IMG/VR virus record: IMGVR_UViG_3300024258_000005
Length of the DNA: 64,000 nucleotides
Source of the DNA: a virus
Reading direction: 5' to 3' (one strand)
In this document: in pieces, positions 38,587 to 49,261 of the stretch
Layout of the letters: every line of letters starts with the position of its first letter
How positions within the stretch are numbered: position 1 is the stretch's first letter
The notes under the pieces: model-generated
Databases searched by the model: none
Told to the model about the DNA's origin: nothing
What the model saw: the letters and a program-made list of their open reading frames with translations, nothing else
Program-made: the position numbers and the translations under genes

Positions 38587-38717
38587 ATCAATCGATATTT
38601 CAATAGAGTATTTCTATAGTAACTTTTCTATCATAAAAGATCATAAAATAATTACAATAGAAATACTCTCTGGTATAAACCACAAGAAATTTACTAAGAC
38701 CAAGGTCTTAGTAAATA

Positions 38718-39491
38718 TTATACAGGTATGTTTGTTTCGTTAGTAGCGAAGTTATTATATAGTTCACTAGTTTTAGTGAATATTTTTGCACCGTTAAGGA
38801 TACCAACCGCTTTTGTCATTACTGTATCATTTGTTTCATCTAATGGAAAACCATCAAATTTATATTGAACAGTAGGTTTAACAAATGAGTTATCTGTAAT
38901 ATTAGCATCATAAGCAGACTTAAGGTCTGTCATTGGCTGAACACCATCAAAGTAATCAATCTTAATAATATCAGATTCTTTCCAAGCGATTTGAGAATCG
39001 CCAACTTGACGAACAATAGGTTTTGTTTGGATAACCATACAAGCACCTTTATATTCAGCAGCTGAGAATGTTTCTGCAATTGTAGAAGCACCTAAATAAG
39101 GATTAATATAAGAAGTCCATTGTCTATGAATACGGAAAATAGGAGCTCCCCAGAAGTCTTTATATTGTATAGAAAATTCACGAGTAATAGTCTGGCCAGT
39201 AATGAAACTTGAATCTACACCACCCTGTCCTTGAATATCTTGTAGATTAATCTGACGATCTCCAGGAGGAGTGTAAGATTCTGCTGATACAAGTAAAAAT
39301 TCTTTAGCTTGTGTTCTAGTAATTTCAGAAGTAGCGTTATTAAAGATCTTACCTGGTACACCAAAGAATACATAGAAGTATCCTTTAATATATGGGTGAT
39401 CACCTTCAGACTTACTAGAACCACCTAAGTAACCAGTACCATCGACATTTAATGCCGATGTGTTTAATTTTATTTTATCAATGTATGCCAT
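38718..39491 (-). CDS. Tail tube protein
   Basis: Lies immediately downstream of the sheath gene, with gp19-like SAESYTPP...TREFSIQYKD...IFRIHRQW and VQYKFD. RBS aaggagg. Confidence 0.8.
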   Translation of the reverse strand: MAYIDKIKLNTSALNVDGTGYLGGSSKSEGDHPYIKGYFYVFFGVPGKIFNNATSEITRTQAKEFLLVSAESYTPPGDRQINLQDIQGQGGVDSSFITGQTITREFSIQYKDFWGAPIFRIHRQWTSYINPYLGASTIAETFSAAEYKGACMVIQTKPIVRQVGDSQIAWKESDIIKIDYFDGVQPMTDLKSAYDANITDNSFVKPTVQYKFDGFPLDETNDTVMTKAVGILNGAKIFTKTSELYNNFATNETNIPV

Positions 39492-39503
39492 AATTTAGCC
39501 TCC

Positions 39504-41636
39504 TTATACCACAATGATTGGAATATCAATTGACTCTAATGTTCCAACAGGTTTAACTGTAATTGTTAATCTTAATTTATATGTTTCATCATTAAATGTA
39601 GCTTTTACACTTGCTGATTCAAAAATACCATCAACTACGTTCTCAGGTGTAATAACCCATTTTGCAAGTTCACCTTCTGTACGAGTAACAGCAGTATCAA
39701 TTACACTACCAATAGCTTTAGTTTGTAAAAGATCTTTAAGTAATTTAGGAAGATCTTTACGAATTCTATGAAGAACTTTAACTATATTAATACGACTAAG
39801 CTTAGATGCTTTTTTGTACATTGTAAGTTGATCAATAATATAAGTACCATCAGGCTCTACAATTACTGTATTTACTTGCTCATTTCTAAGCTTTTCAATT
39901 TCCAATGAAGTAGGCGCATAAGTCAAGTTAAGTGTAGTACTAGCTAAAGTACCTTTAACCATATTTGCAACAGGTTCAGTAATAGAAAAAGTATTATCAA
40001 TACGTAAGTGACTAATCATAGCGTAGTATGATAAAGGCATATACATTCTTAAGTTATTAGCGGTTCTATGCGTTTTATTAAGCTGTCCAGAGTAAAGTGC
40101 AGAGTTATATGAACTTTGGAATAAACGCTCTTTACGAGTAGTTAAATCGCGGTCTACAAGCTCTTTAGTAATAATCGTAGGATCATAATTTAAAGGCATA
40201 GATAAAATTGGCATACTTAAACCAATATCATCAGCAAGATTAATAATAGCAACATTTACATCTATATTTTCAGTCCAATCAGGAATATAATCGAAATCAT
40301 ATTTAGGATAAAGAACTTCTCTAAGATCTTCAGTGTTGTTATAGAAATTTAACATAAGCTCTTTAGCATTTTGTGAACCAGCGGCGCTAGTGCCTTGCAT
40401 GTTAAGTTTACCATTCATGTGAAGATTTTCACCATCGGTACCAGTATAAAGTTTCATAGAATAATCCATTAACTTTGAATAAATCATATGACGTAATAAA
40501 GGAGCTTCACTCATTACTAAAATACCAAGAGGAGAGAATGTTAAATTATAAAATGCTTCTTCGCCATCAACAATATAACCATCAACAGATGCTCCAGTAA
40601 CAGCAGCAGATACAAATGTAATTTGAGAATCAGTGATTAAGATTTGCTTAGCGACTTCAGTAGCTGTATCATCAATATATTTAATAACAACATCACCTGT
40701 AGCAGCAGTGTTAGTAATAACAGCAGTTAAACGTTGAGTCGGAACTCTAACATTAACACCATTTTCAACTATAATCTCATCATATGTTTCAACTTTAACT
40801 TCATAAAATTTATCATCAGTAACTGAGTCAGCAATGATTAAACGTTGATCAGTAAGATCATCAATAGTTGCACCAGCAGCCATATCTTGAGCAAACTCTT
40901 CATTAACATTTAATGTAGCAAATTCATTAGCATCTTTAAAAACAGTATTTACAAATAAATCATTACCTGTAGTTTTGTCAATAATAGGCTCATTAGTAAT
41001 AGCATCATTTTCAATTAAAGAAAATACAACTGGGTCACCAAGAGATTTAATACCATTAATTGTTTCTTCATATACTTCTGCTTGTACAAAGTTAAACTTA
41101 TAATTAGTTTCACCATTTACATCACTATCCATTTTTTCATGTCCAGCAGCAGGTTCAAATGTTACAAAAATTGAGTTATATCCTTCACCACGAGCAGTTG
41201 CTAATGCAGAAAGAACCACATCACTATCTGGTAATCCTAATGGAGTTTCACCTGGTAAATAAGGAATGTAATTCATATCTGTTTTAGATACAATTCCTGG
41301 GTAAGATTTATATTCGCCTTCTGGTTCTTCAACTGTACCAATGTTACGAATAACATTATTAGCATATGTAGCATCATCTGGTAATAGTCTGTAAGTAATT
41401 ACGTTATCTGTTTGAGCAGCAGCTAAACCATATAGGTAACTTTTACCATATTTTTTAATATCTTCTCGACCTAAAGAGTATTTGAAAGCATCAATAGAAT
41501 CATGTTTCTTAAAGTCTTCTCTACCATATTTAAAAAAACCTGGTAGTAATATTGTTCGAGAACCGTTAATTGTTGTAGTGATTGTACTTCTGTCTATAAC
41601 AGATGTAGTTACACTAGGAATAATTGGGATATACAT
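39504..41636 (-). CDS. Tail sheath protein
   Basis: TYRLLPDDATYAN, ATARGEGYN and a C-terminal sheath domain (TEPVAN..KG, LRNEQVNTVI, LSRINIVKVLHRI, ITVKPVGTLESIDI). Confidence 0.9.
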   Translation of the reverse strand: MYIPIIPSVTTSVIDRSTITTTINGSRTILLPGFFKYGREDFKKHDSIDAFKYSLGREDIKKYGKSYLYGLAAAQTDNVITYRLLPDDATYANNVIRNIGTVEEPEGEYKSYPGIVSKTDMNYIPYLPGETPLGLPDSDVVLSALATARGEGYNSIFVTFEPAAGHEKMDSDVNGETNYKFNFVQAEVYEETINGIKSLGDPVVFSLIENDAITNEPIIDKTTGNDLFVNTVFKDANEFATLNVNEEFAQDMAAGATIDDLTDQRLIIADSVTDDKFYEVKVETYDEIIVENGVNVRVPTQRLTAVITNTAATGDVVIKYIDDTATEVAKQILITDSQITFVSAAVTGASVDGYIVDGEEAFYNLTFSPLGILVMSEAPLLRHMIYSKLMDYSMKLYTGTDGENLHMNGKLNMQGTSAAGSQNAKELMLNFYNNTEDLREVLYPKYDFDYIPDWTENIDVNVAIINLADDIGLSMPILSMPLNYDPTIITKELVDRDLTTRKERLFQSSYNSALYSGQLNKTHRTANNLRMYMPLSYYAMISHLRIDNTFSITEPVANMVKGTLASTTLNLTYAPTSLEIEKLRNEQVNTVIVEPDGTYIIDQLTMYKKASKLSRINIVKVLHRIRKDLPKLLKDLLQTKAIGSVIDTAVTRTEGELAKWVITPENVVDGIFESASVKATFNDETYKLRLTITVKPVGTLESIDIPIIVV

Positions 41637-41701
41637 TTATTTTCCTTATATTTGTTTTCCGTAAAAGTTTATTTTCCATTTTAATTTTCTATTTTATTTA
41701 A

Positions 41702-41712
41702 TTATTTGTTAC
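41702..41712 (-). promoter_or_regulatory. Candidate late promoter GTAACAAATAA upstream of the sheath gene
   Basis: Exact motif copy 66 nt upstream of the sheath ATG, just after the HNH insertion. Confidence 0.5.
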
Positions 41713-41753
41713 TTGTCTTGAATTTCAGGACAAGAATAGGAGGATAATCCTCC

Positions 41754-42548
41754 TCATGTTATTATTAATAGTTCTTTTAACAATTTTAATTGCTGATTAG
41801 TATAAAAATTTTGCGGATCTTTATTATTTTTTTTAGCATTACACTGTCTACATAATACAACAGCATTTGTTCTAGTTAATCCAAAACCTTTAGATAAAGG
41901 TTTATGGTGATCTATTTCTAAACCATCTTTCGTGTCACAATTAAAACATTTATGATCAAATAAATTAAAAGTATAATTAATATCAAATCTATTATAATTT
42001 TCATTAATATTTAATTTTAACTCTCGTCTATTATTATCTAATATTTTTTGAGTCAGTTTTCCTTTATTTGATTGTTTATACTTTAAACGAATTGTTTTAT
42101 AATTTTTAGGATCATTTTTTACATAATTATAATGTTTCTGTTTATATTTATCTGAATTAATTGCATAATCTATTTTATAATTTTTAGAATTATTTTTTTG
42201 AATTTTATCTTTATTTTTTATATAATATTCTTTGTTTTTTTCTTGAATTAATTTTTTATTTTTTAAATTTGATTTTTTAGATTGATTCAGAATCTTTTTT
42301 CGGTATTCAGAATCTTCGTTATACCTAATTTTTCTTTGTGTTATATATTTTTTACTATTTTTGTAATTATATAATTTTACACAATATTTGCACTTAGATT
42401 TAAGACCCAAATGTAATTTATCAGTAAAACCAAAATTACAGATAAGATGGTTAGTATCACAATGTTTACATTTTTTAAATATAGTATTTAACCACTTATC
42501 AGTGGTACTTCTAGACAAGTATATACCACTCAATACGTAATGAATCAT
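41754..42548 (-). mobile_element. HNH homing endonuclease
   Basis: C-terminal KCFNCD...IDHHKPLSKG...TNAVVLCRQCNAKK, an N-terminal CKHC...CKYC zinc finger and a Lys-rich linker. Confidence 0.9.
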
Positions 42549-43323
42549 TGACTTCGAGCCATTTAGTTAGTGTTGTGAATCTAGCGAAACATCTATAGTT
42601 TGCTGAATATCTTGAAGTCTCAGTTCCTAGATCAGTTACAGCTGGAATACTGTAACCTTGAACATCTTCGTGTTCGATAGCATAAAGACCAGCTTCATTA
42701 AATGCAAAAGGTCCTAATTCATTCTCACCAACTTCTTTATAAAGTTCATCACTTCTAATAATCATTGTATATTTAATTGTAGTATATGCTTCAACATCTA
42801 TATCTTGACCATTAATTAGAATACTATGATTCTCTTTAACAATTTCAATACTACCCCCTTCGTCGCTTTGAATCTTTTTCATTCTACCATTATGTAAATA
42901 TTGGTATCTTAAATTTAAATTTGTTGACGTTTCTGTATCTAAAGAATTATCAGCAAACTTACCTGCATCCGCAAGATCTAAATCATTATCAAATGGACCA
43001 ATCTTATTTGGTTGTGCTGAAACATCTGCTCCACCTCTACCAACACCAAAATATCTAATTTTAAAATTAGTTAAATCGATATCAGATGGAGGCATTAAAC
43101 TTAATCCAGAAATATCTGCAAGTTTCTGAGCTAGGAACTCACGCCCAGAAAGTAATACTAAGTTTGGTGTTTCAAGAACTTTTCCGTCCTTATCACTAAT
43201 TACAACATAACCTCTCACTGGTTTGTCATAATGCTTTTTAACTTCGGCGTCTGTTAATTCAGCTTTTGATGTATCTACTGGAGTGAGAACTTTCTCATCC
43301 ACATGACTAATAGTTTTTATCAT
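42511..43323 (-). CDS. Baseplate/tail-fibre attachment protein (P2 gpH N-terminal-like)
   Basis: NLVLLSGREFLAQ...YFGVGRGG...FNEAGLY...ARF pattern. Confidence 0.6.
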   Translation of the reverse strand: MIKTISHVDEKVLTPVDTSKAELTDAEVKKHYDKPVRGYVVISDKDGKVLETPNLVLLSGREFLAQKLADISGLSLMPPSDIDLTNFKIRYFGVGRGGADVSAQPNKIGPFDNDLDLADAGKFADNSLDTETSTNLNLRYQYLHNGRMKKIQSDEGGSIEIVKENHSILINGQDIDVEAYTTIKYTMIIRSDELYKEVGENELGPFAFNEAGLYAIEHEDVQGYSIPAVTDLGTETSRYSANYRCFARFTTLTKWLEVNDSLRIEWYILV

Positions 43324-43331
43324 TTTAATTC

Positions 43332-45956
43332 CTAAATTTTATTTCCATTTATATATGATGCATCGGCATCTTCAGTAAAGTTATGGATACCTGTTACATC
43401 ATTTACAATAACAATATTATAATTGTCATCTAAAGTTGTTTTACTTGAGTTATTTTCAGCTTCTAAATCTTTATGTATTTTATAAAGAATATTACCATCT
43501 AAATCATATGTATCATCAGCATTTTTAATAACCCAATAGTCAATAATTAACTGGCTATATAGAATTGTTTTATTGAGTGCATTTGTTTCAAACAATGTTT
43601 GATGTATACCCATATCATCTAAAGTACTATGTTCAGAAAAAGTATTATCTACTCTTACTTGATATGCAGCACTTGTACCACATGTAACTCGCTGCATCTT
43701 ATCTCTTATCACTTGAAGTAGTGAATCAGCATTCTGATAACTTAATTCTGCTTTGAAGAAATATTGTTGAAACATATCCATAACAGGATCAAAGAATTCT
43801 TCTTTGAATGTTGAACTTAATAGATATCTTTTAAATAAATCATTTACAAAATACGTTACAAAATTATCTTCCTTTACGGTTTCAACTAACATACGTTTAT
43901 AATTATTTAAGTATAAATCAATAAATTCACTTGGTGAGCTCATTGCTTCAATTGCTTGAACAACTCTAGGATATTTATCAACAAAGTTATTTTTTAAGAT
44001 ATCATACACAGATGAATTTAATCCAGTATACTCTTCATCATCCATAGCAATAAGATTAAACAATTCTTTTGTTGTAGTAGGAGTATATGTTTCATAAATA
44101 AACGTTACTTTTTCTAGCAGTAATTGATTAGCTATTCTATCAGCACTAGTGTGTGTATCATCATATAAAAGATCAGTTCTATAAAATTCTTCTAATCGTA
44201 CAAAGAATCCTTCAAACGTTTCTGGGACATTACCAGCTAAGTGTTCATGAAATTGTTCTATATTAAAAATCTTAGTAGTTTTTAGTTGATTAGATTGACC
44301 AAGTAAAGCATTTAATCTTCTTTTAAATTCTTGAAATGCTCCATGTTCATGTCTCATATCTTTATAGTATAAAATCAGATTATAAATTTCAATTAATTGA
44401 TCTTTTGGATAAAGTAGATATGTAAATTGTCGTTCTTGTATCTCATAATCACCATACTTCCAAGGTTGTCCAAGAAGAGCACTTTTAACTTCTAATTCTT
44501 TTAATCTAATAAATGTTAACATATCAACATACTCAGACATAGGCATCTTAACAACTAAACTACCTATCTTAAAAGTAAATATATCATCTTGTGTCTTAGT
44601 CATCGCAAACATTCTAACTAAGTCAGGAAGATATTCCATATTATCAACAGTATCACTTGTACCAAATTGGATATATAAAATATTAGTTATAATAGGAAAC
44701 ACATTCTTTGATTCTTGATTATAAACATCAGCGTCAAAATAATCTTGACGCTTCATTAAGTATTTACTAGTTCTAAGATTATCACCATATATTTCTGTTT
44801 GAATTGATAATGGATCATTTATTAAAACCGGTTCCAAAACATAAACTAATTGTTCTGGACTTCTATTATTACTATTAGCATTAAAGTGTACAGTTAAACT
44901 AGTTGTACCTGCGTCAATTACAAACTCATCAATAAAATCAAATTGTAATTTAACATTATCAGGTAATGTCCACAAAGGATCTAAATCATTATAAAATTCA
45001 ATTAAGTATTCTACTCTGTTTTCTGCTCTAACAATATTTGGTGTTATGGTATAAGTTAATGTATCATCAATAAATGAATTAATGTCAACTGTTCCATAAT
45101 TGCCTAGAATATCAAAAAGGCTGTCAACATAATACATCTTAAATAATGTAGGAGTACTATATTGAAAATATTGAGCGTCTGTTAATTCTAATGCATCATT
45201 ATATAAATCATAATGTTTTTGAGTAAATGTAATTTCTGTCTGACCTCTTTCAATAATAATATTATCTGAATGATCAAGTTTAAAATTTACAGCTCTTGGT
45301 AGCGTCCAGGTGTCTTCATCTAAAGGTCTTTCCTCCGGATAAAATTTAACAACATAAGTTACTTTGTTTAAATATTTATGAATTGTTGGATATACTTTAA
45401 AATTAATATCTATATCTTTATGAGTACTAACATTAATATTTTGTTCCATATATTCATCAGGAATTGAATGATCATTATTTAAATAGTATTTATTAACTAC
45501 TGTAGGTTGTTCATATTTAGATGTAATTTTACGTTGTTCAACTCGAACATTATAAAAATTTAAATCATGATAAAATTCACTTATAATATCATTAAAAATA
45601 TCATAAGTATTGTTACTTCCTTTTGTTTCAAATAATTGCTGTAACATGTACGCAGTTTTTGTTTTTAATAAATCTGGATAATTGTTACTTATTTTATTTG
45701 ATATACCAAATTGTTTAAATAAGTTATTGATAAATTTCTTTGACGGTTGTTGATTAACAAAATTTATTACCTCTTGTGGTTCAGTAACATATAAATCAAC
45801 AAGAAATTCATATAATAAACCTTTGATATCATCTTGATTATTATTTGTATTAAAAATAGGTGTATCTGTGATAATTTCAGAATATTCCATAAGGGAATTT
45901 TTAAGAAATTTTATATCAGGGGCATCGAGGGTATTCGAGACTGATACGTCAATCAT
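43332..45956 (-). CDS. Large baseplate wedge protein (gp7/P2 gpI-like)
   Basis: FKQFG...LQQLFETKGS resembles the L-x-x-x-KGT wedge motif; baseplate gene context. Confidence 0.5.
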   Translation of the reverse strand: MIDVSVSNTLDAPDIKFLKNSLMEYSEIITDTPIFNTNNNQDDIKGLLYEFLVDLYVTEPQEVINFVNQQPSKKFINNLFKQFGISNKISNNYPDLLKTKTAYMLQQLFETKGSNNTYDIFNDIISEFYHDLNFYNVRVEQRKITSKYEQPTVVNKYYLNNDHSIPDEYMEQNINVSTHKDIDINFKVYPTIHKYLNKVTYVVKFYPEERPLDEDTWTLPRAVNFKLDHSDNIIIERGQTEITFTQKHYDLYNDALELTDAQYFQYSTPTLFKMYYVDSLFDILGNYGTVDINSFIDDTLTYTITPNIVRAENRVEYLIEFYNDLDPLWTLPDNVKLQFDFIDEFVIDAGTTSLTVHFNANSNNRSPEQLVYVLEPVLINDPLSIQTEIYGDNLRTSKYLMKRQDYFDADVYNQESKNVFPIITNILYIQFGTSDTVDNMEYLPDLVRMFAMTKTQDDIFTFKIGSLVVKMPMSEYVDMLTFIRLKELEVKSALLGQPWKYGDYEIQERQFTYLLYPKDQLIEIYNLILYYKDMRHEHGAFQEFKRRLNALLGQSNQLKTTKIFNIEQFHEHLAGNVPETFEGFFVRLEEFYRTDLLYDDTHTSADRIANQLLLEKVTFIYETYTPTTTKELFNLIAMDDEEYTGLNSSVYDILKNNFVDKYPRVVQAIEAMSSPSEFIDLYLNNYKRMLVETVKEDNFVTYFVNDLFKRYLLSSTFKEEFFDPVMDMFQQYFFKAELSYQNADSLLQVIRDKMQRVTCGTSAAYQVRVDNTFSEHSTLDDMGIHQTLFETNALNKTILYSQLIIDYWVIKNADDTYDLDGNILYKIHKDLEAENNSSKTTLDDNYNIVIVNDVTGIHNFTEDADASYINGNKI

Positions 45957-45973
45957 TATATTCTCCTTTTGGG

Positions 45974-47041
45974 TTATGTTTGAGGTAATATATTACCATC
46001 TAAATCTCTAATTATATTTACAGCATCTTCTGTAAAAACTTGTTTTTGTGTAACTACTCCTGTTGTATCAGGATTTCCATCTAATGGTGATTGATAGTTT
46101 ATAAAGCTCCAATAAATTTCCTGAAGATCATATACTGTTTTCATTATAGGACTAATGAACATACCTGCAAATGGATCATATGGCACATTAGGATCAGGAA
46201 TATTTGGTGCAACATAAGTTGGATCAGGAATATAACAATCAATTTCTTCAATCTTTACAACAAGATCATTATTGTAAATAATACTTTGATCTATAATAAT
46301 TTTAGTTTTAAGCTTTACCTTATCATTTAAATAAAGTAATACCGAATTCAGTTTATCTTTTTGTGATTGACTTAATTCTGTTAATACACCATTAACATCT
46401 ACATAATCAGTATATAAACTTTGAACACAATCATAACCAGCATTAAAGTTATCTATCATTGAATTTCTACTTTCTAAAAGAGTAGCGTAATTTTCATATA
46501 AACTACTATCATAAAATTTGCGAAATTCTTTTACATAATAATAATGTTCAATAATGTTCATTTCATTTACGTCATCAATTGACCAGTTACTTGTTTCAAA
46601 TTGTATTTCATATATATTTAAATCTTTTACTGAGTGTACAAAATTAACTGTGTCAACATAAAAGAATTCATTTGTACTTCTATGTTGATAAAAATTAAAA
46701 ATATCTCCTGGTAATGGTTCAATAACAGCCATCATCGTTAATGTCCCACGAGTCTTACGTATTACACCTTGATTACTTTCATCATTCTCTGTTGTATAAT
46801 TTAATGGAGCGCTTTGAAGAACCGGGGTAAAATCGAATATATCATAACTTCTACCATAACCAGAAACATCAATAACATCGAGCTCATCATGAACTCCTTT
46901 AGTTAAAGGTATATTCTGTTTATAATATCGAATGCTTAAACTATTGATCGTTGAATTCAAAGCATAATGTTCTATCTTATTTAAATATTCAGCATATATA
47001 TCATATGCATACATATCTTGATGCAAAGTATCAGCATTCAT
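45974..47041 (-). CDS. Virion structural protein, possibly neck/head-closure-like
   Basis: IEPLPGDIFNF...FFYVDTV...YEIQF resembles the beta-barrel of head-closure proteins. Confidence 0.4.
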   Translation of the reverse strand: MNADTLHQDMYAYDIYAEYLNKIEHYALNSTINSLSIRYYKQNIPLTKGVHDELDVIDVSGYGRSYDIFDFTPVLQSAPLNYTTENDESNQGVIRKTRGTLTMMAVIEPLPGDIFNFYQHRSTNEFFYVDTVNFVHSVKDLNIYEIQFETSNWSIDDVNEMNIIEHYYYVKEFRKFYDSSLYENYATLLESRNSMIDNFNAGYDCVQSLYTDYVDVNGVLTELSQSQKDKLNSVLLYLNDKVKLKTKIIIDQSIIYNNDLVVKIEEIDCYIPDPTYVAPNIPDPNVPYDPFAGMFISPIMKTVYDLQEIYWSFINYQSPLDGNPDTTGVVTQKQVFTEDAVNIIRDLDGNILPQT

Positions 47042-47054
47042 TTTAATCCTTTTT

Positions 47055-47876
47055 TTACTCTAACTTGAATTGTATTTCTTCTTCTTGAGCGATTGAAATT
47101 GTTACAGTAATTTGAACCCTTGTAACAATACCATCAGACTCTTCATTATAAACAATATCTACAAGACTAAAATCAGTATTATAAATATTTGTTAATGTTT
47201 GTGTAAAATCAGTTATCTCTTCTAGAATATTCTTCTGAGTAAAATAATTTGATTTTGTTTGAAGAGATTCTTTTATAGTGCTACCAAACTCACCAGAAAA
47301 AGGAATAGAACCTTTTCGTGTTCGAACGAATCTAGAAAACATTACACCTAAAAATTCAGACTTATCAGTTATCTTATTAAAATAACCAGAGTTTAAATTT
47401 GTATCAAATAGTGTTTCAGACGATTTAATAAATTTCTCAACACTTCTAAAGTTTCTATATTTAGAATAGAACCAATTGAGAACTAATTCATTAAAATTTT
47501 TAGTTGAAAACGCATCAATACTAATAGTGTTTTCTACATCAGTTGGAGCTCTACGAATAGCATCTACTAATATTTTTGTTACTAATTCTGATTCAACAAA
47601 AGAAGATAAAAATTTATTCTTATCTAAATACATTACACCATTATTAAATATAACATACTCATAATATTCGAAGAATATTAATCCTATTTCATTTTGTTGA
47701 GTCAGGATAAATGAATCTAATCTAATAGACTCACTAAAATGAATTCGATGATCTGCTAAATAGTTCATAAGTTTTTGCATCTTAATAACATCATTACGTG
47801 TTATAATTGTTTCATTATATGTTATTTTTTGAGCTTTTATATTAACTAAATCTTTTACAGATATATCTAAAAACAT
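47055..47876 (-). CDS. Baseplate wedge subunit with a C-terminal gp25/GPW-like domain
   Basis: FVRTRKGSIPFSGEFGSTI matches the T..GE/S..P..FGS gp25 motif. Confidence 0.7.
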   Translation of the reverse strand: MFLDISVKDLVNIKAQKITYNETIITRNDVIKMQKLMNYLADHRIHFSESIRLDSFILTQQNEIGLIFFEYYEYVIFNNGVMYLDKNKFLSSFVESELVTKILVDAIRRAPTDVENTISIDAFSTKNFNELVLNWFYSKYRNFRSVEKFIKSSETLFDTNLNSGYFNKITDKSEFLGVMFSRFVRTRKGSIPFSGEFGSTIKESLQTKSNYFTQKNILEEITDFTQTLTNIYNTDFSLVDIVYNEESDGIVTRVQITVTISIAQEEEIQFKLE

Positions 47877-47960
47877 TTATTTTCCTTTTTGCTTTCGCTT
47901 TTTATTCTTCTACATGTGGTTATCTCGAAATTCATAAAGAAGCCCTTTGACAAGCCTCAA

Positions 47961-48203
47961 CTAGAAACCTGATGCTTTGCTCATCCTTTCGGATTTATTA
48001 CTTGCTATTTTCTTTTGTGAGTCTATAAGAAAATCTCTCATATATATTGGCAAAGAAAAATATTCAGTAAACCCTAGAGTTAGCCCATCATATGCAACTG
48101 CACTTTGATAACGGACTAATTCGAATTCATAAATATTTGTATGGTCTTCACTAGTTGTAAACAGATAACGCTTTAAGAAAGAAGTCTTGTTCAGGATTAA
48201 CAT
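47961..48203 (-). CDS. gp51-like/tail chaperone extension ORF (possibly reached by frameshift)
   Basis: EYFSLPIYMRDFLI resembles the gp51/gpT-type motif. It overlaps the upstream chaperone by 53 nt in the +1 frame. Confidence 0.55.
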   Translation of the reverse strand: MLILNKTSFLKRYLFTTSEDHTNIYEFELVRYQSAVAYDGLTLGFTEYFSLPIYMRDFLIDSQKKIASNKSERMSKASGF

Positions 48204-49092
48204 TATCCCATTTAAAATCTGGTTTTGAACAACCTAGATTACTACACTTAATATCTAAATAAAAACTTGGTGTAAATTCAACTAATGGTACAATAGTTTC
48301 ATCTGCTAATAATTTAGCTTGTAATTCCATTGGCATTTTTTGAATTGTAGGAATAACTTCTTTTACTTTATCACTTAGTTCAAAAAGCTCGCCTTCGTTT
48401 AGAATTTCTATTCTTTTAATATAAACAGAAAATAATTCGATTGCACTAAGTACATCACCCACTTCTTCAATGTCATCACGCATATCAGAATTTTCTTTAC
48501 TTGTTATTATTTGAATTCTTTCTGTTTCAGTTGGCATACCATAAAATACAGTAAATCCTGGAACTATCTCAGAAGCTAATTCATAGCTTTCAAAACCTAT
48601 TTCATTATCCCAAGTTTTACTAATTGTATCGGGATGCATTAATGATAATGGTTCAGGTGAATGTGTATCTGCTGTTCCACATGCTGGACATTTAATCATC
48701 TTTTCTGGTAGCTTAGCAAACGTTGCATCAAGTAATGCAAATGTCATCATAGCTTTATCAGGTGGTGTTAAATGATCTTCAAAATCTTCAACAGAATCAA
48801 ACTTTAATCCTTCAAAACGGGCATGTGCAAATATTACACGATTAAACGATTTTACAAATTCAGCACCTGATGCTTTCATTGTTCTAAGTCTAAGTTCTTC
48901 ACTTCCATTAACTGGTTGAATAAAAACCTTTGTGCCTAAAATTGGTAAATCAATTTCTACTTCTCGCGTCCCTGCTAAGTTAGCTAGAGCGGATAATGCT
49001 CCTTCTAAGTTTGCAACTTTTTTTACTGTTTTTACTGGCTGTGCAACTTCAGCTGATGCTGTTTGTTGTGCCACTGGTATTTCATCTAACAT
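48151..49092 (-). CDS. Baseplate hub/tail assembly chaperone, T4 gp26-like
   Basis: EIDLPILGTKVFIQP...EELRL, IKCPACG, a second Cys pair IKCSNLGC and terminal DFF. Confidence 0.7.
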   Translation of the reverse strand: MLDEIPVAQQTASAEVAQPVKTVKKVANLEGALSALANLAGTREVEIDLPILGTKVFIQPVNGSEELRLRTMKASGAEFVKSFNRVIFAHARFEGLKFDSVEDFEDHLTPPDKAMMTFALLDATFAKLPEKMIKCPACGTADTHSPEPLSLMHPDTISKTWDNEIGFESYELASEIVPGFTVFYGMPTETERIQIITSKENSDMRDDIEEVGDVLSAIELFSVYIKRIEILNEGELFELSDKVKEVIPTIQKMPMELQAKLLADETIVPLVEFTPSFYLDIKCSNLGCSKPDFKWDNVNPEQDFFLKALSVYN

Positions 49093-49112
49093 TTTTGTAT
49101 CCTTTTATATAT

Positions 49113-49123
49113 CTATTTGTTAC
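49113..49123 (-). promoter_or_regulatory. Candidate late promoter GTAACAAATAG
   Basis: Motif copy 21 nt upstream of the chaperone ATG. Confidence 0.45.
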
Positions 49124-49261
49124 TAATCATTACAATCTACTATTATTATTTCTATGTTAATATATTTTTATCTTTATAGATAATACTGTCTAAAATTTTC
49201 TATCTTTTGGGGTAATTTTTTTAGTTAACTATATCAAACACTAAGTGGCAAAATATCGCCA

